A stretch of 64,000 bases of DNA from Alphaproteobacteria bacterium (GTDB taxonomy: Bacteria > Pseudomonadota > Alphaproteobacteria > GM7ARS4 > G965262615), in contig OZ253545.1 in assembly GCA_965262615.1 (NCBI GenBank), positions 1,115,113 to 1,179,112 on the forward strand, in the 5' to 3' direction. Within the stretch, counting starts at the first letter, position 1. The number at the start of each line of letters is the position of its first letter. A program made the position numbers and the translations under genes. Under the pieces are notes generated by a model, which saw only the letters and a program-made list of their open reading frames with translations, was not told where the DNA came from and did not search any database. Below are positions 29,916-38,294 of this stretch, piece after piece.

Positions 29916-32677
29916 TTTATTTTCTCCAGGCGCGCGGCGCAGTATTTGACCTCCGCAATCTTGCCAAAGGGATCCAAGGCATCATTGGTGAGTTTATTGA
30001 CGGCGGCATCCTCATAGCAAAACGGCATAAAAACCATGCCTTCGGGAATCTGCCTGTCCTCTCGCACATGGGTTTCAATGCGTCCCCGCCGCGTCTCCAA
30101 CGCGACACTGTCACCGATGCCCAGACGCAAGCGTTTCATTTCCTTAGGGGATAAATGCACAAAGGCGCGCGGCTCAATGGCATCCAGCACGCCCGCCCGC
30201 CGCGTCATAGAGCCGGTGTGCCAGTGCTCCAGCAAGCGTCCCGTGGTGAGAATGAGCGGATACTCCTCATCGGGCTGTTCATCGGGCGGCACAATGTCGG
30301 CACTGACCAAGCGTCCGCGTCCCGATTCGGTGGGAAAGCCATCGCCGAAAATGACAAACTCGCCCTCGGATTCCTCGCTGTCACAGGGATACACCACCCA
30401 TCCCTCTTTTTGCAAACGCTTCCACGAAATGCCCTTCATAGACGGCACACAGCTGCGCAATTCCTCATAAATCTCGCCCTCATCGGTGTAGCTCCAATTG
30501 AGTCCCATGCGATTGGCGAGGTCTTGAATAATCCGCCAATCATGACGCGCCTCACCGGGGGGCGACACCGCTTGGCGTCCCAACTGCACATAGCGGTCGG
30601 TGTTGGTGAAACTGCCGGTCTTTTCGGGAAACGCAGAGGCGGGCAGAATCACATCGGCAAGATAGGCGGTCTCGGTGAGGAAAATATCCTGCACCACCAA
30701 ATGCTCAAGGCGAGCCAATGCCTCGCGCGCATGGTGCGCGTCTGGGTCTGACATGGCGGGGTTCTCGCCCATGATGTACAAGCCCTTGATGGAACGCTCA
30801 TAGATGGCTTTCATAATCTCCACCACCGTCAAGCCCTTGTTGGCATTGAGGCTTGTGCCCCATTTTTTCTCAAAAAAGGCGCGCGTGTCATCATCATCCA
30901 CAGGCTGATAGTCGGGAAAGACCATGGGAATGAGCCCCATGTCGGACGCGCCCTGCACATTGTTTTGTCCCCGCAAAGGATGAAGCCCCGTGCCTTGTCT
31001 GCCCACCTGCCCGGTGAGCAGTGCCAGTGAGATCAAACAGCGAGCATTGTCAGTGCCATGCACATGCTGCGAGACGCCCATGCCCCAAAAAATCATGGCT
31101 CGGTCGGCTTTGCCATACAAAAGAGCCATCTCACGAATGACTTCGGCATCCACGCCACAAATGGGCGACATGGCTTCGGGGGAGAAATCCGCCACATGAT
31201 TTTTAATCTCTTCAAAGCCTTGCGTGTGAGTCTCCACATATTGTTTGTCCACCAAGCCCTCACTGATGATGACATTAATCATGGCGTTCAGCAGAGCCAC
31301 ATCAGTGCCCGCTCTGAACTGCACCGCGTGGGTGGCGTAGCGCGCCAGTTCATTGGCGCGCGGGTCTAGCACAATCAGCTGCGTTCCCTTCTTGGCGGCA
31401 TTTTTGATAAAAGTCGCCGCCACAGGATGATTTTGTGCCGGGCGCGCCCCAATCACAATGGCGACATCGGCGTGTGCCACATCAGAGACGGGAGCGGTCA
31501 CCGCACCGGAGCCAATGGTCTCCATCAATGCCGCCACCGATGACGCATGGCACAAGCGCGTGCAGTGATCCACATGATTATTACGAAAGCCCGTCCGCAC
31601 CAATTTTTGAAACAAATAAGCTTCCTCATTAGAGCCCTTAGCACAGCCAAATCCCGCCAGAGCATCAATGCCCGCCTCATCGCGCAGACGCACCAAGCCA
31701 GAGGCGGCGTAATCCAGAGCCTCATCCCAACTGGCTTCGCGAAAATGAGTCAACGGATTGCTGGGATCAAGGCGTTCTTCGGCGTTTTTGGGCGCGCCCT
31801 CACGGCGAATCAGCGGCTTGGTCAGACGATGAGGATGAGTCACATAGTCAAAGCCAAAGCGTCCCTTGACACACAAGCGTTGTTCATTGGCAGGGCCATC
31901 TCGTCCATCCACCGCAATGATGTCATTGCCCTTGGTGTGAAAGGTCAATTGACACCCCACCCCGCAATAAGGACACAAACTCTCCACATGGTCATCCGCC
32001 TTCAATGCACCCATGCCTTTGTCATCCAGCAGTGAGCTCTCCATCAATGCCCCCGTCGGACACGCCTGCACACACTCTCCGCATGACACACAACTGCTCG
32101 CGCCCATAGGGTCATCAAAGTCAAAGACAATCTTCGCCCCCGCCCCCCGATACGCCATGCCAATCACATCATTGACCTGCACATCGCGACACGCCCGCAC
32201 ACACAAATTACAATGAATACACGCATCCAAATGCACCGCCATGGCGTGATGACTGAGGTCAGGTGACGGCACATGAGATGATTCGCGCGCCGCAAAACGA
32301 CTGGAGGTGACTTCAACCGCATCCGCCATTTTCCAAAAATGCGAGTCATCATCATGGGCGCGCGTGCGTGGCGGCTGGTCAGCGACAAGCAATTCCATCA
32401 CCATGCGGCGAGAATCACGAGAGCGGTCATCTTTGCTCTGCACCACCATGCCTTCGGTGGGCTGGCGAATACAGGATGCCGATAGCACGCGCTCGCCCTC
32501 AATGTGCACCATGCAGGCGCGACAATTGCCGTCAGGCTCATAACCCACCTCATCGGCGTGACACAAATGGGGCAGCAGTGTGCCTTCTCGTTTGGCAACC
32601 TGCCAGATGGTCTCCCCTTCCCGAGCCTCCACATCACGCCCGTCCAAGCGAAACCGTATCGTTCTGTCCATTTTCAT
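29912..32677 (-). CDS. NAD-dependent formate dehydrogenase alpha subunit (FdsA/FdhF-type molybdopterin oxidoreductase with NuoG-like N-terminus)
   Basis: N-terminal 2Fe-2S ferredoxin and 4Fe-4S clusters (NuoG-like), the CPYCGVGCQL molybdopterin 4Fe-4S motif, then MopB and MopB-CT domains. Start at MKMDRTIRF overlaps the upstream stop (ATGA). Confidence 0.85.
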   Translation of the reverse strand: MKMDRTIRFRLDGRDVEAREGETIWQVAKREGTLLPHLCHADEVGYEPDGNCRACMVHIEGERVLSASCIRQPTEGMVVQSKDDRSRDSRRMVMELLVADQPPRTRAHDDDSHFWKMADAVEVTSSRFAARESSHVPSPDLSHHAMAVHLDACIHCNLCVRACRDVQVNDVIGMAYRGAGAKIVFDFDDPMGASSCVSCGECVQACPTGALMESSLLDDKGMGALKADDHVESLCPYCGVGCQLTFHTKGNDIIAVDGRDGPANEQRLCVKGRFGFDYVTHPHRLTKPLIRREGAPKNAEERLDPSNPLTHFREASWDEALDYAASGLVRLRDEAGIDALAGFGCAKGSNEEAYLFQKLVRTGFRNNHVDHCTRLCHASSVAALMETIGSGAVTAPVSDVAHADVAIVIGARPAQNHPVAATFIKNAAKKGTQLIVLDPRANELARYATHAVQFRAGTDVALLNAMINVIISEGLVDKQYVETHTQGFEEIKNHVADFSPEAMSPICGVDAEVIREMALLYGKADRAMIFWGMGVSQHVHGTDNARCLISLALLTGQVGRQGTGLHPLRGQNNVQGASDMGLIPMVFPDYQPVDDDDTRAFFEKKWGTSLNANKGLTVVEIMKAIYERSIKGLYIMGENPAMSDPDAHHAREALARLEHLVVQDIFLTETAYLADVILPASAFPEKTGSFTNTDRYVQLGRQAVSPPGEARHDWRIIQDLANRMGLNWSYTDEGEIYEELRSCVPSMKGISWKRLQKEGWVVYPCDSEESEGEFVIFGDGFPTESGRGRLVSADIVPPDEQPDEEYPLILTTGRLLEHWHTGSMTRRAGVLDAIEPRAFVHLSPKEMKRLRLGIGDSVALETRRGRIETHVREDRQIPEGMVFMPFCYEDAAVNKLTNDALDPFGKIAEVKYCAARLEKIK

Positions 32678-34401
32678 GAGATTCCTACCTCCTGTGGAAA
32701 AAATCTTAACGCACAGTCTATCGGATTTCCAGCCGCTTGTCCAAGCCCACAAATAGAGGCATCTCGCATGGCACTCACCAGCTGTGTGAGCAGTGGTGCG
32801 TTCCACTGATTTTTCTCCAGCAACGCCACCGCCTTTTCCGTTCCCACACGACAGGGGGTGCATTGTCCGCAGCTCTCATCTTCAAAAAAGCGCAACAGAT
32901 TGACAACCACATCGCGCACCGAATCTTTGTCAGAAAACACCACCACCGCCGCCGAGCCCAAAAAGCACCCGTGTTCCTCCAATTGACCAAAATCCAATGG
33001 AATGTCCGCCATGCTGGCAGGCAGCACCCCACCTGATGCCCCACCGGGCAGATAGCCTTTGAATTCATGTCCGTCTTCCATGCCATCACAATGCTCATGG
33101 AGCAATTCGTTCATGGTGATGCCCGCCGCCGCCACCTTAACACCGGGATTTTTCACCCTGCCCGAGACCGAAAAGGAATGAATTCCCTTGAAATCCCCCT
33201 TGCCCAAAGAGGCATACCATGACGCTCCTTTTTCCATGATGTCACGAATCCAATACACCGTCTCCACATTTTGATTGAGTGTGGGTTTGCCAAAGAGTCC
33301 CACCGTTGAAATATACGGCGGCTTGTGACGAGGCATCCCCCGCTTGCCTTCAATGCTTTCAATCATGGCGGATTCTTCGCCGCAGATATATGCTCCCGCG
33401 CCGCGCCGCACATGAATGGCGGGCAAGGACGGCAATGAGGTATTCACAACGGTCAATTCTTTCATCAGCATGTGATGAATGGCGGGATACTCATCTCGCA
33501 GATAGATATAGATGGCTTGTGCCTCCACCGCCCATGCGGCAATGAGCGCGCCCTCCAAGAAACGATGAAGATCCTTTTCCATGTAGTATTTGTCTTTGAA
33601 GGTGCCTGGCTCGCCTTCATCGGCATTGATGGTCAGCAAGCGCGGTTTGGAGGCGGCTCGCACAAATTTCCATTTTTGCGCCGCAGGAAAGCCCGCGCCG
33701 CCTTTGCCGCGCAGATTCGCCTGCCCCAGCTGTTCAATCACCTGTTCGGGATCATGTTGCCCCGCCACGCACGCCTCATACAAACGATACCCCCCCTCGC
33801 GGCGATAGATGCCAAAATCTCTGTAGGATGGCACGACAGGGGCGATGTCTTTTTTGCTGACGGTCTTTTTGATGTCCGCCAAAGTGCTGTGTGCCAAATG
33901 GTGCTGCCCCACGACCGTGACGGGAGCTTCATCGCATCGTCCCATGCAGGGAGCCGCCACCACCCGCACGGAATCATCGTTTTGCCACTGTTTTTGAGCC
34001 TCCGCCAACAGGGATGATGCTCCCCGCAACGCACAACTGATGCTGTCACACACCCGCACGGTGATGTGCGGCACGGTGGCATCATCGGCACAAATATCAA
34101 AGTGAGCGTAAAAGCTCGCCACTTCAAACACTTCGGCAAGGGGCAGACGCAAAATCTCCGCCAGTGCCACCAAATGACGATGAAACAATGCTCTTTGCGA
34201 ATCCTGCAATCGGTGCAAATACTCCACCAACAAATCTCGGCGCAAGGGCATTGCTCCTAACAGAGCGCGCACTTCCTTGAGTGATGCCTCATCGGCTTGC
34301 CGTCCCTTCGGATAAGGGACATACATGCTTTGCGGCATATTTTTGCGTCCTTCCTTCAGGGTCTTGGTGTTCATGAATTGACAATGACCCATAACCACCA
34401 T
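32674..34401 (-). CDS. Fused gamma-beta subunit of NAD-linked formate dehydrogenase (NuoE-like 2Fe-2S plus NuoF-like FMN/NADH/4Fe-4S)
   Basis: NuoE-type cysteines (CDSISC), the NuoF FMN motif GKGGAGFPAAQKW, and 4Fe-4S ESCGQCTPCR. Confidence 0.85.
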   Translation of the reverse strand: MVVMGHCQFMNTKTLKEGRKNMPQSMYVPYPKGRQADEASLKEVRALLGAMPLRRDLLVEYLHRLQDSQRALFHRHLVALAEILRLPLAEVFEVASFYAHFDICADDATVPHITVRVCDSISCALRGASSLLAEAQKQWQNDDSVRVVAAPCMGRCDEAPVTVVGQHHLAHSTLADIKKTVSKKDIAPVVPSYRDFGIYRREGGYRLYEACVAGQHDPEQVIEQLGQANLRGKGGAGFPAAQKWKFVRAASKPRLLTINADEGEPGTFKDKYYMEKDLHRFLEGALIAAWAVEAQAIYIYLRDEYPAIHHMLMKELTVVNTSLPSLPAIHVRRGAGAYICGEESAMIESIEGKRGMPRHKPPYISTVGLFGKPTLNQNVETVYWIRDIMEKGASWYASLGKGDFKGIHSFSVSGRVKNPGVKVAAAGITMNELLHEHCDGMEDGHEFKGYLPGGASGGVLPASMADIPLDFGQLEEHGCFLGSAAVVVFSDKDSVRDVVVNLLRFFEDESCGQCTPCRVGTEKAVALLEKNQWNAPLLTQLVSAMRDASICGLGQAAGNPIDCALRFFPQEVGIS

Positions 34402-34705
34402 GATTGCAAGCTCAGCTATCCGATAAAATCAGCTGAATATCGCGCAATCTTTATTGACGAGGCGAGTCTTTTGCCAGTCATGTTTTGGGATGCCTCACCT
34501 TTTGGGATGCCTCATCGGCCTGCCGTCCCTTCGGATAAGGGACATACATGCTTTGCGGCATATTTTTGCGTCCTTCCTTCAGGGTCTTGGTGTTCATGAA
34601 GCGACAATGACCCATAACCGCCATGATTGCAAGCTCAGCTATCCGATAAAATCAGCTGAATATCGCGCAATCTTTGTTGATGGGGTGAGTCTTTTGCGAG
34701 CCATG
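34283..34705 (+). repeat. Tandem duplication, period 223 bp (two ~200-bp copies, about 97% identical), covering the fdsGB 5' end and intergenic region
   Basis: GATGCCTCATCGGC(T/C)TGCCGTCCCTTCGGATAAGGGACATACATGC... recurs at 34283 and 34506. Confidence 0.9.
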
Positions 34706-35954
34706 TGTTGGCGCGCTGCGTGTGACGCTGTGCACTTTCGCCATCCCCCATGAGCAGGCTGCGTTCTGCCAGAGCCAGTTCGGCGAGTCCCATGTTGCCA
34801 TTGCGTCCTGCCGCCGTGCTGTAAAAATGCCACGCCATGATGTTGTCGGATTCCTCCACCAGCACCAATTCCAATGCCTGCAACACCAGTGGCAGCAACG
34901 ATTCATCATTCATCGCCAGTGCGGCTTGCGCCCATCCCATTAAAATGAGCGGATGATTATCGCTCAGCTCCACCGCGCGCGCATACGATATGACGGCGGC
35001 ATGAGGCTGACCGTGTTCAAACAAAATCTGCCCTCGCAGTTCGTGCAGGTATGGGTCGTTTTCTCGCCCTTGCAAAAGTCCATCAATGATTGCCAGTGCA
35101 GTGTTCACATCCCCCGCTCGGTGGTGCACAATGGCTTTGGCGTAGTGACTGCCGAAGGAGTTGGGGTGAGTGGCGTAGAAATCAAGCACTTCATTGGGGG
35201 GCAGTAAAAACCCTTTGAGTTTGGCAACCATGCGCTCATGACGCATCTCATCGTGGGGATGATGGCAGCAGTCGTGCGGTTCATGATGCAGATGCTCCGC
35301 CATGAGGCGAATGCGCTCACCACTGAGAGGGTGGGTGAGTTGATAGGGGTCTATGTCCAAGCCTTGTTCTTTTTCTGCCAGCATGGAGAGGAATGAGTAT
35401 AGCCCTCCCACCGATTGTCCGCTGTTTTGCAGATAACTGACGGCGGCTTGGTCTGCCAGCGTCTCGTTGTGACGAAATTCCTCCAGCAACAGGCGATTGC
35501 CCACATTGGGCATGGCGATGACCCCCGCCAGCCCCACATCAAACTGCCCGCCTGCCATGGCGGCGGCACTGAGCAGCATGGTCATGAGATTGAAGATGCT
35601 GGTGTCAAAGGCGGCATCCTGCAGACGCAACAAATGCCCGCCGGTGATGTGTCCGATTTCGTGCGCCAGCACCCCCTTGACCTCATCGGCATTGCGGGTG
35701 TTCATCAAAAGCCCACTGTGCAAAAACATCCGTTGCCCCTCGGTGACAAAGGCATTGATGGATGAGTCGTTCAGCACCACCATCTGCACGGTGCCGAAAT
35801 CCAGCCCGCCCGCCGCAGCCAAAGGATACGCCCAAGAGTTAAGAGTGTCTTCAATTTCAGCGTCGCGAATGATGCTCGCAGCGGGGGTTGATGACGCAAC
35901 CACGCTCACCCACGACATCAGCACAAGAAAAATAAAGCGTTTCATAAAGGTCAT
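34635..35954 (-). CDS. M48-family zinc metalloprotease with C-terminal TPR domain (BepA/YfgC-like), periplasmic
   Basis: Signal peptide, HEIGHITGGH zincin motif and C-terminal TPR-like repeats. The 3' end lies inside copy 2 of the tandem duplication. Confidence 0.8.
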   Translation of the reverse strand: MTFMKRFIFLVLMSWVSVVASSTPAASIIRDAEIEDTLNSWAYPLAAAGGLDFGTVQMVVLNDSSINAFVTEGQRMFLHSGLLMNTRNADEVKGVLAHEIGHITGGHLLRLQDAAFDTSIFNLMTMLLSAAAMAGGQFDVGLAGVIAMPNVGNRLLLEEFRHNETLADQAAVSYLQNSGQSVGGLYSFLSMLAEKEQGLDIDPYQLTHPLSGERIRLMAEHLHHEPHDCCHHPHDEMRHERMVAKLKGFLLPPNEVLDFYATHPNSFGSHYAKAIVHHRAGDVNTALAIIDGLLQGRENDPYLHELRGQILFEHGQPHAAVISYARAVELSDNHPLILMGWAQAALAMNDESLLPLVLQALELVLVEESDNIMAWHFYSTAAGRNGNMGLAELALAERSLLMGDGESAQRHTQRANTWLAKDSPHQQRLRDIQLILSDS

Positions 35955-35999
35955 AGTATGATATAATCATGACGGTTAGCAAGGCAAAGGGCAAGAATC

Positions 36000-37652
36000 A
36001 TGAACAACAAAAAACTCATCGCATGGATTGCCATCACCGTCATTGCCCACACGGGATGGACAATGGGCGTGGCTCATGCCGATGAAACGGTAGATTTGCA
36101 CCAATTGATGGAAGACGCTCAACAAGGCGATGCCGATGCCCAATTCTATCTTGGGTTGATGTATGGCAATGGCGCGGGTGTCACGCAGGATTATGAGGCA
36201 GGCATCTATTGGGTCACAAAAGCCGCGGAACAATGGCATGCCGATGCCCAATACGCTCTTGGGGTGTTTTATAAAAATGGCGATGGTGTGGCACAGAATT
36301 ATGAGAAAGCCGTGTATTGGTATCAAAAAGCCGCGGCGCAAGGAAATGCCGATGCCCAATACGATCTTGGGTTGATGTATGGCAAGGGCGCAGGTGTCAC
36401 GCAGGATTATGAGGCAGGCATCTATTGGTTCACAAAAGCCGCAGAGCAAAACCATGCTGATGCAATAGAAATACTCAAGGAATTAGGCATGGCTCATGAA
36501 ACGGACGAATTGCACCATTTGATGGAACGCGCCCAGCAAGGCGACTCCGTATCCCAATTCTATCTTGGGACGATGTATGAACAGGGCAGAGGTGTCTCTC
36601 GAGATGTTGGACAAGCGGTGCAATGGTATCAAAAAGCCGCCAAGCAAGGATTTGCCCAAGCCCAATACAACCTTGGGTGGATGTATGAAAATGGCACAGG
36701 TGTTCCGCAAGATGATGAACAGGCGGTAGAATGGTATCAAAAAGCCGCGGCACAAGGACTTGCCAATGCTCAAAACAATCTGGCGGAGATGTATCGCGAG
36801 GGCAGAGGTGTTCCGCAGGATGATGAGCAAGCGTTGGAATTGTATCTAAAATCCGCCGAGCAAGGATATGATCGCGCTCAAACCACTATGGGCTGGATGT
36901 ATGACAATGGCATTGGTGTTGTGCAAGATTATGAGCAAGCCGCGCAATGGTTCACAAAAGCCGCGGTGCAAGGATTTGCCCGAGCTCAAAGTAATCTTGC
37001 TATGATGTATCTTCATGGCAGAGGTGTTCCGCAGGATTATGAGCAAGCCGCGCAATGGTGGAGAAAAGCCGCAAGGCAAGGCTATGCCAAGGCTCAATTC
37101 AATCTTGGGCTGATGTATCACAATGGAGATGGGGTTGCACAGGACGATGAGCAAGCTTTGTATTGGTGGGAGAAAGCCGCAAGACAAGGAAATAAAGATG
37201 CAATAGAAGCTCTCAAAATATTAGGCATGGCTGATGAAACGGACGAATTGCACCAATTGAGAGAACGCGCCGAGCAAGGCGATGCCGATGCCCAAAACTA
37301 TCTTGGTGTGATGTATAACACTGGCATGGGTGTGACGCAGGATAAAAAAGAAGCCGTGGAATGGTTCAAAAAATCCGCCGAACAAGGAAATGCCCTCGCC
37401 CAAGCCAATCTTGGAGTGATGTATAGGGATGGGATGGGTGTCACGCAGGATGATGAGGAAGCTGTGGAATGGTGGAAAAAAGCCGCAGAGCAAGAAAATG
37501 CCGTAGCCCAATACAATCTTGCTGTGATGTATGGCAAGGGAATCGGCGTGGCACAGAGTGATGAAAAAGCCGTCTATTGGTTCACAAAAGCCGCCAAACA
37601 AGGCGATGTTGATGCAATAGAAGTTCTCAAGAAATTAGGCATCACCGACTGA
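36000..37652 (+). CDS. Secreted Sel1-like repeat protein (550 aa; three tandem modules each ending DAIE-LK-LGM)
   Basis: Signal peptide ...IAHTGWTMGVAHA and about 13 Sel1 repeats. The last module is about 95% DNA-identical to 13380..13625. Confidence 0.85.
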   Translation: MNNKKLIAWIAITVIAHTGWTMGVAHADETVDLHQLMEDAQQGDADAQFYLGLMYGNGAGVTQDYEAGIYWVTKAAEQWHADAQYALGVFYKNGDGVAQNYEKAVYWYQKAAAQGNADAQYDLGLMYGKGAGVTQDYEAGIYWFTKAAEQNHADAIEILKELGMAHETDELHHLMERAQQGDSVSQFYLGTMYEQGRGVSRDVGQAVQWYQKAAKQGFAQAQYNLGWMYENGTGVPQDDEQAVEWYQKAAAQGLANAQNNLAEMYREGRGVPQDDEQALELYLKSAEQGYDRAQTTMGWMYDNGIGVVQDYEQAAQWFTKAAVQGFARAQSNLAMMYLHGRGVPQDYEQAAQWWRKAARQGYAKAQFNLGLMYHNGDGVAQDDEQALYWWEKAARQGNKDAIEALKILGMADETDELHQLRERAEQGDADAQNYLGVMYNTGMGVTQDKKEAVEWFKKSAEQGNALAQANLGVMYRDGMGVTQDDEEAVEWWKKAAEQENAVAQYNLAVMYGKGIGVAQSDEKAVYWFTKAAKQGDVDAIEVLKKLGITD

Positions 37653-37682
37653 TTCCCCCTCGCCTTGAGGCAAGGACAGGCA

Positions 37683-38114
37683 TCAAAAAAGTGCCGTGGC
37701 AACCATTCCCAACAGAGCCACCATCACGCTCACAAGAACAACAATCACCCGCGTCGCAAAGAGATTGAAAGCCTGCAACAACACATTGATATCTTCCTTA
37801 ATTTCAGTTCGCGCCTGAGCGATTTGAGTTTCCAGTTTGGCGATTTGAGTTTCCAGTTTGGCGTTATTTTCATTATTTTCAGCTCGCGCCTGAGCGATTT
37901 GAGCTTCCAGTTTGGCGATTTGAGCTTCCAGTTTGGCGATTTTGGTCTCCAGTTTGGCGATATCTTCCTTCGTGGCAAAATTCTTGCCTTGCTCTTTGAT
38001 GGTGGCAACATCCACCTTCAGAGCAACCACATCCGCTTTGAGGGCGACCACATCATCATACAAGCCATTCGCCTTGCGATGTTCGGTTGGTTTTTGTTCC
38101 GTCTGGATAGTCAT
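37683..38114 (-). CDS. Small coiled-coil protein with C-terminal TM anchor (DUF1640/CCDC90-like, tail-anchored)
   Basis: ...ALKADVVALKVDVATIKE...FATKEDIAKLE(IAKLEAQ)n...RVIVVLVSVMVALLGMVATALF. The ATKxDL/I motif and C-terminal TM resemble DUF1640. Start set at MTIQTEQ because the ORF-track extension is the promoter. Confidence 0.55.
   Translation of the reverse strand: MTIQTEQKPTEHRKANGLYDDVVALKADVVALKVDVATIKEQGKNFATKEDIAKLETKIAKLEAQIAKLEAQIAQARAENNENNAKLETQIAKLETQIAQARTEIKEDINVLLQAFNLFATRVIVVLVSVMVALLGMVATALF
37804..37957 (-). repeat. In-frame 21-bp tandem repeats (about 5 copies; heptad IAKLE(A/T)Q) nested within a ~75-bp repeat
   Basis: GATTTGAG(T/C)TTCCAGTTTGGC repeated on the plus strand. 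Confidence 0.85.
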
Positions 38115-38183
38115 GGTGGTTAGAATATGTGCATTTGCAGGGTTTGTCAATGCCAAGATGCCTTACGGTCATTGCAGATGACC
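38115..38183 (-). promoter_or_regulatory. Conserved promoter TTGACA-N17-TATTCT-N7-ATG plus upstream palindrome GGTCATTGCAGATGACC (38167..38183)
   Basis: Promoter and palindrome are conserved upstream of 4 of the 5 DUF1640-like paralogs (41657..41735, 45649..45715, 46249..46300). Confidence 0.5.
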
Positions 38184-38294
38184 ATGAGCAAGAGAAAACA
38201 TCACTCAAAACATTGGGCATACCCAACTAATTCGCCCTCGCTCTTGCTTTTTGCCATTGGTTTTTGTATGGGTGGCGTGCCCAATGGCAATCAA

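Noticed and set aside
30155-30751. Plus-strand ORFs (30036..30470, 30155..30751, 31547..32035 etc.) inside the formate dehydrogenase genes
   Set aside because: Antisense to confidently assigned fdsA/fdsGB. This is a typical high-GC antisense ORF artefact.
37804-37957. Short direct repeats that could be mistaken for a CRISPR array
   Set aside because: Units are 21 bp and directly tandem with no spacers. They are in-frame inside a coding sequence (heptad coiled-coil). No cas genes are present. A second similar array is at 46026..46090.
38115-38156. ORF-track N-terminal extensions MALTNPANAHILT... of the small coiled-coil genes (also 43267..43308, 45649..45690)
   Set aside because: The extension is exactly TTGACA-N17-TATTCT, so it is a promoter read in frame. 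The shorter start is used.
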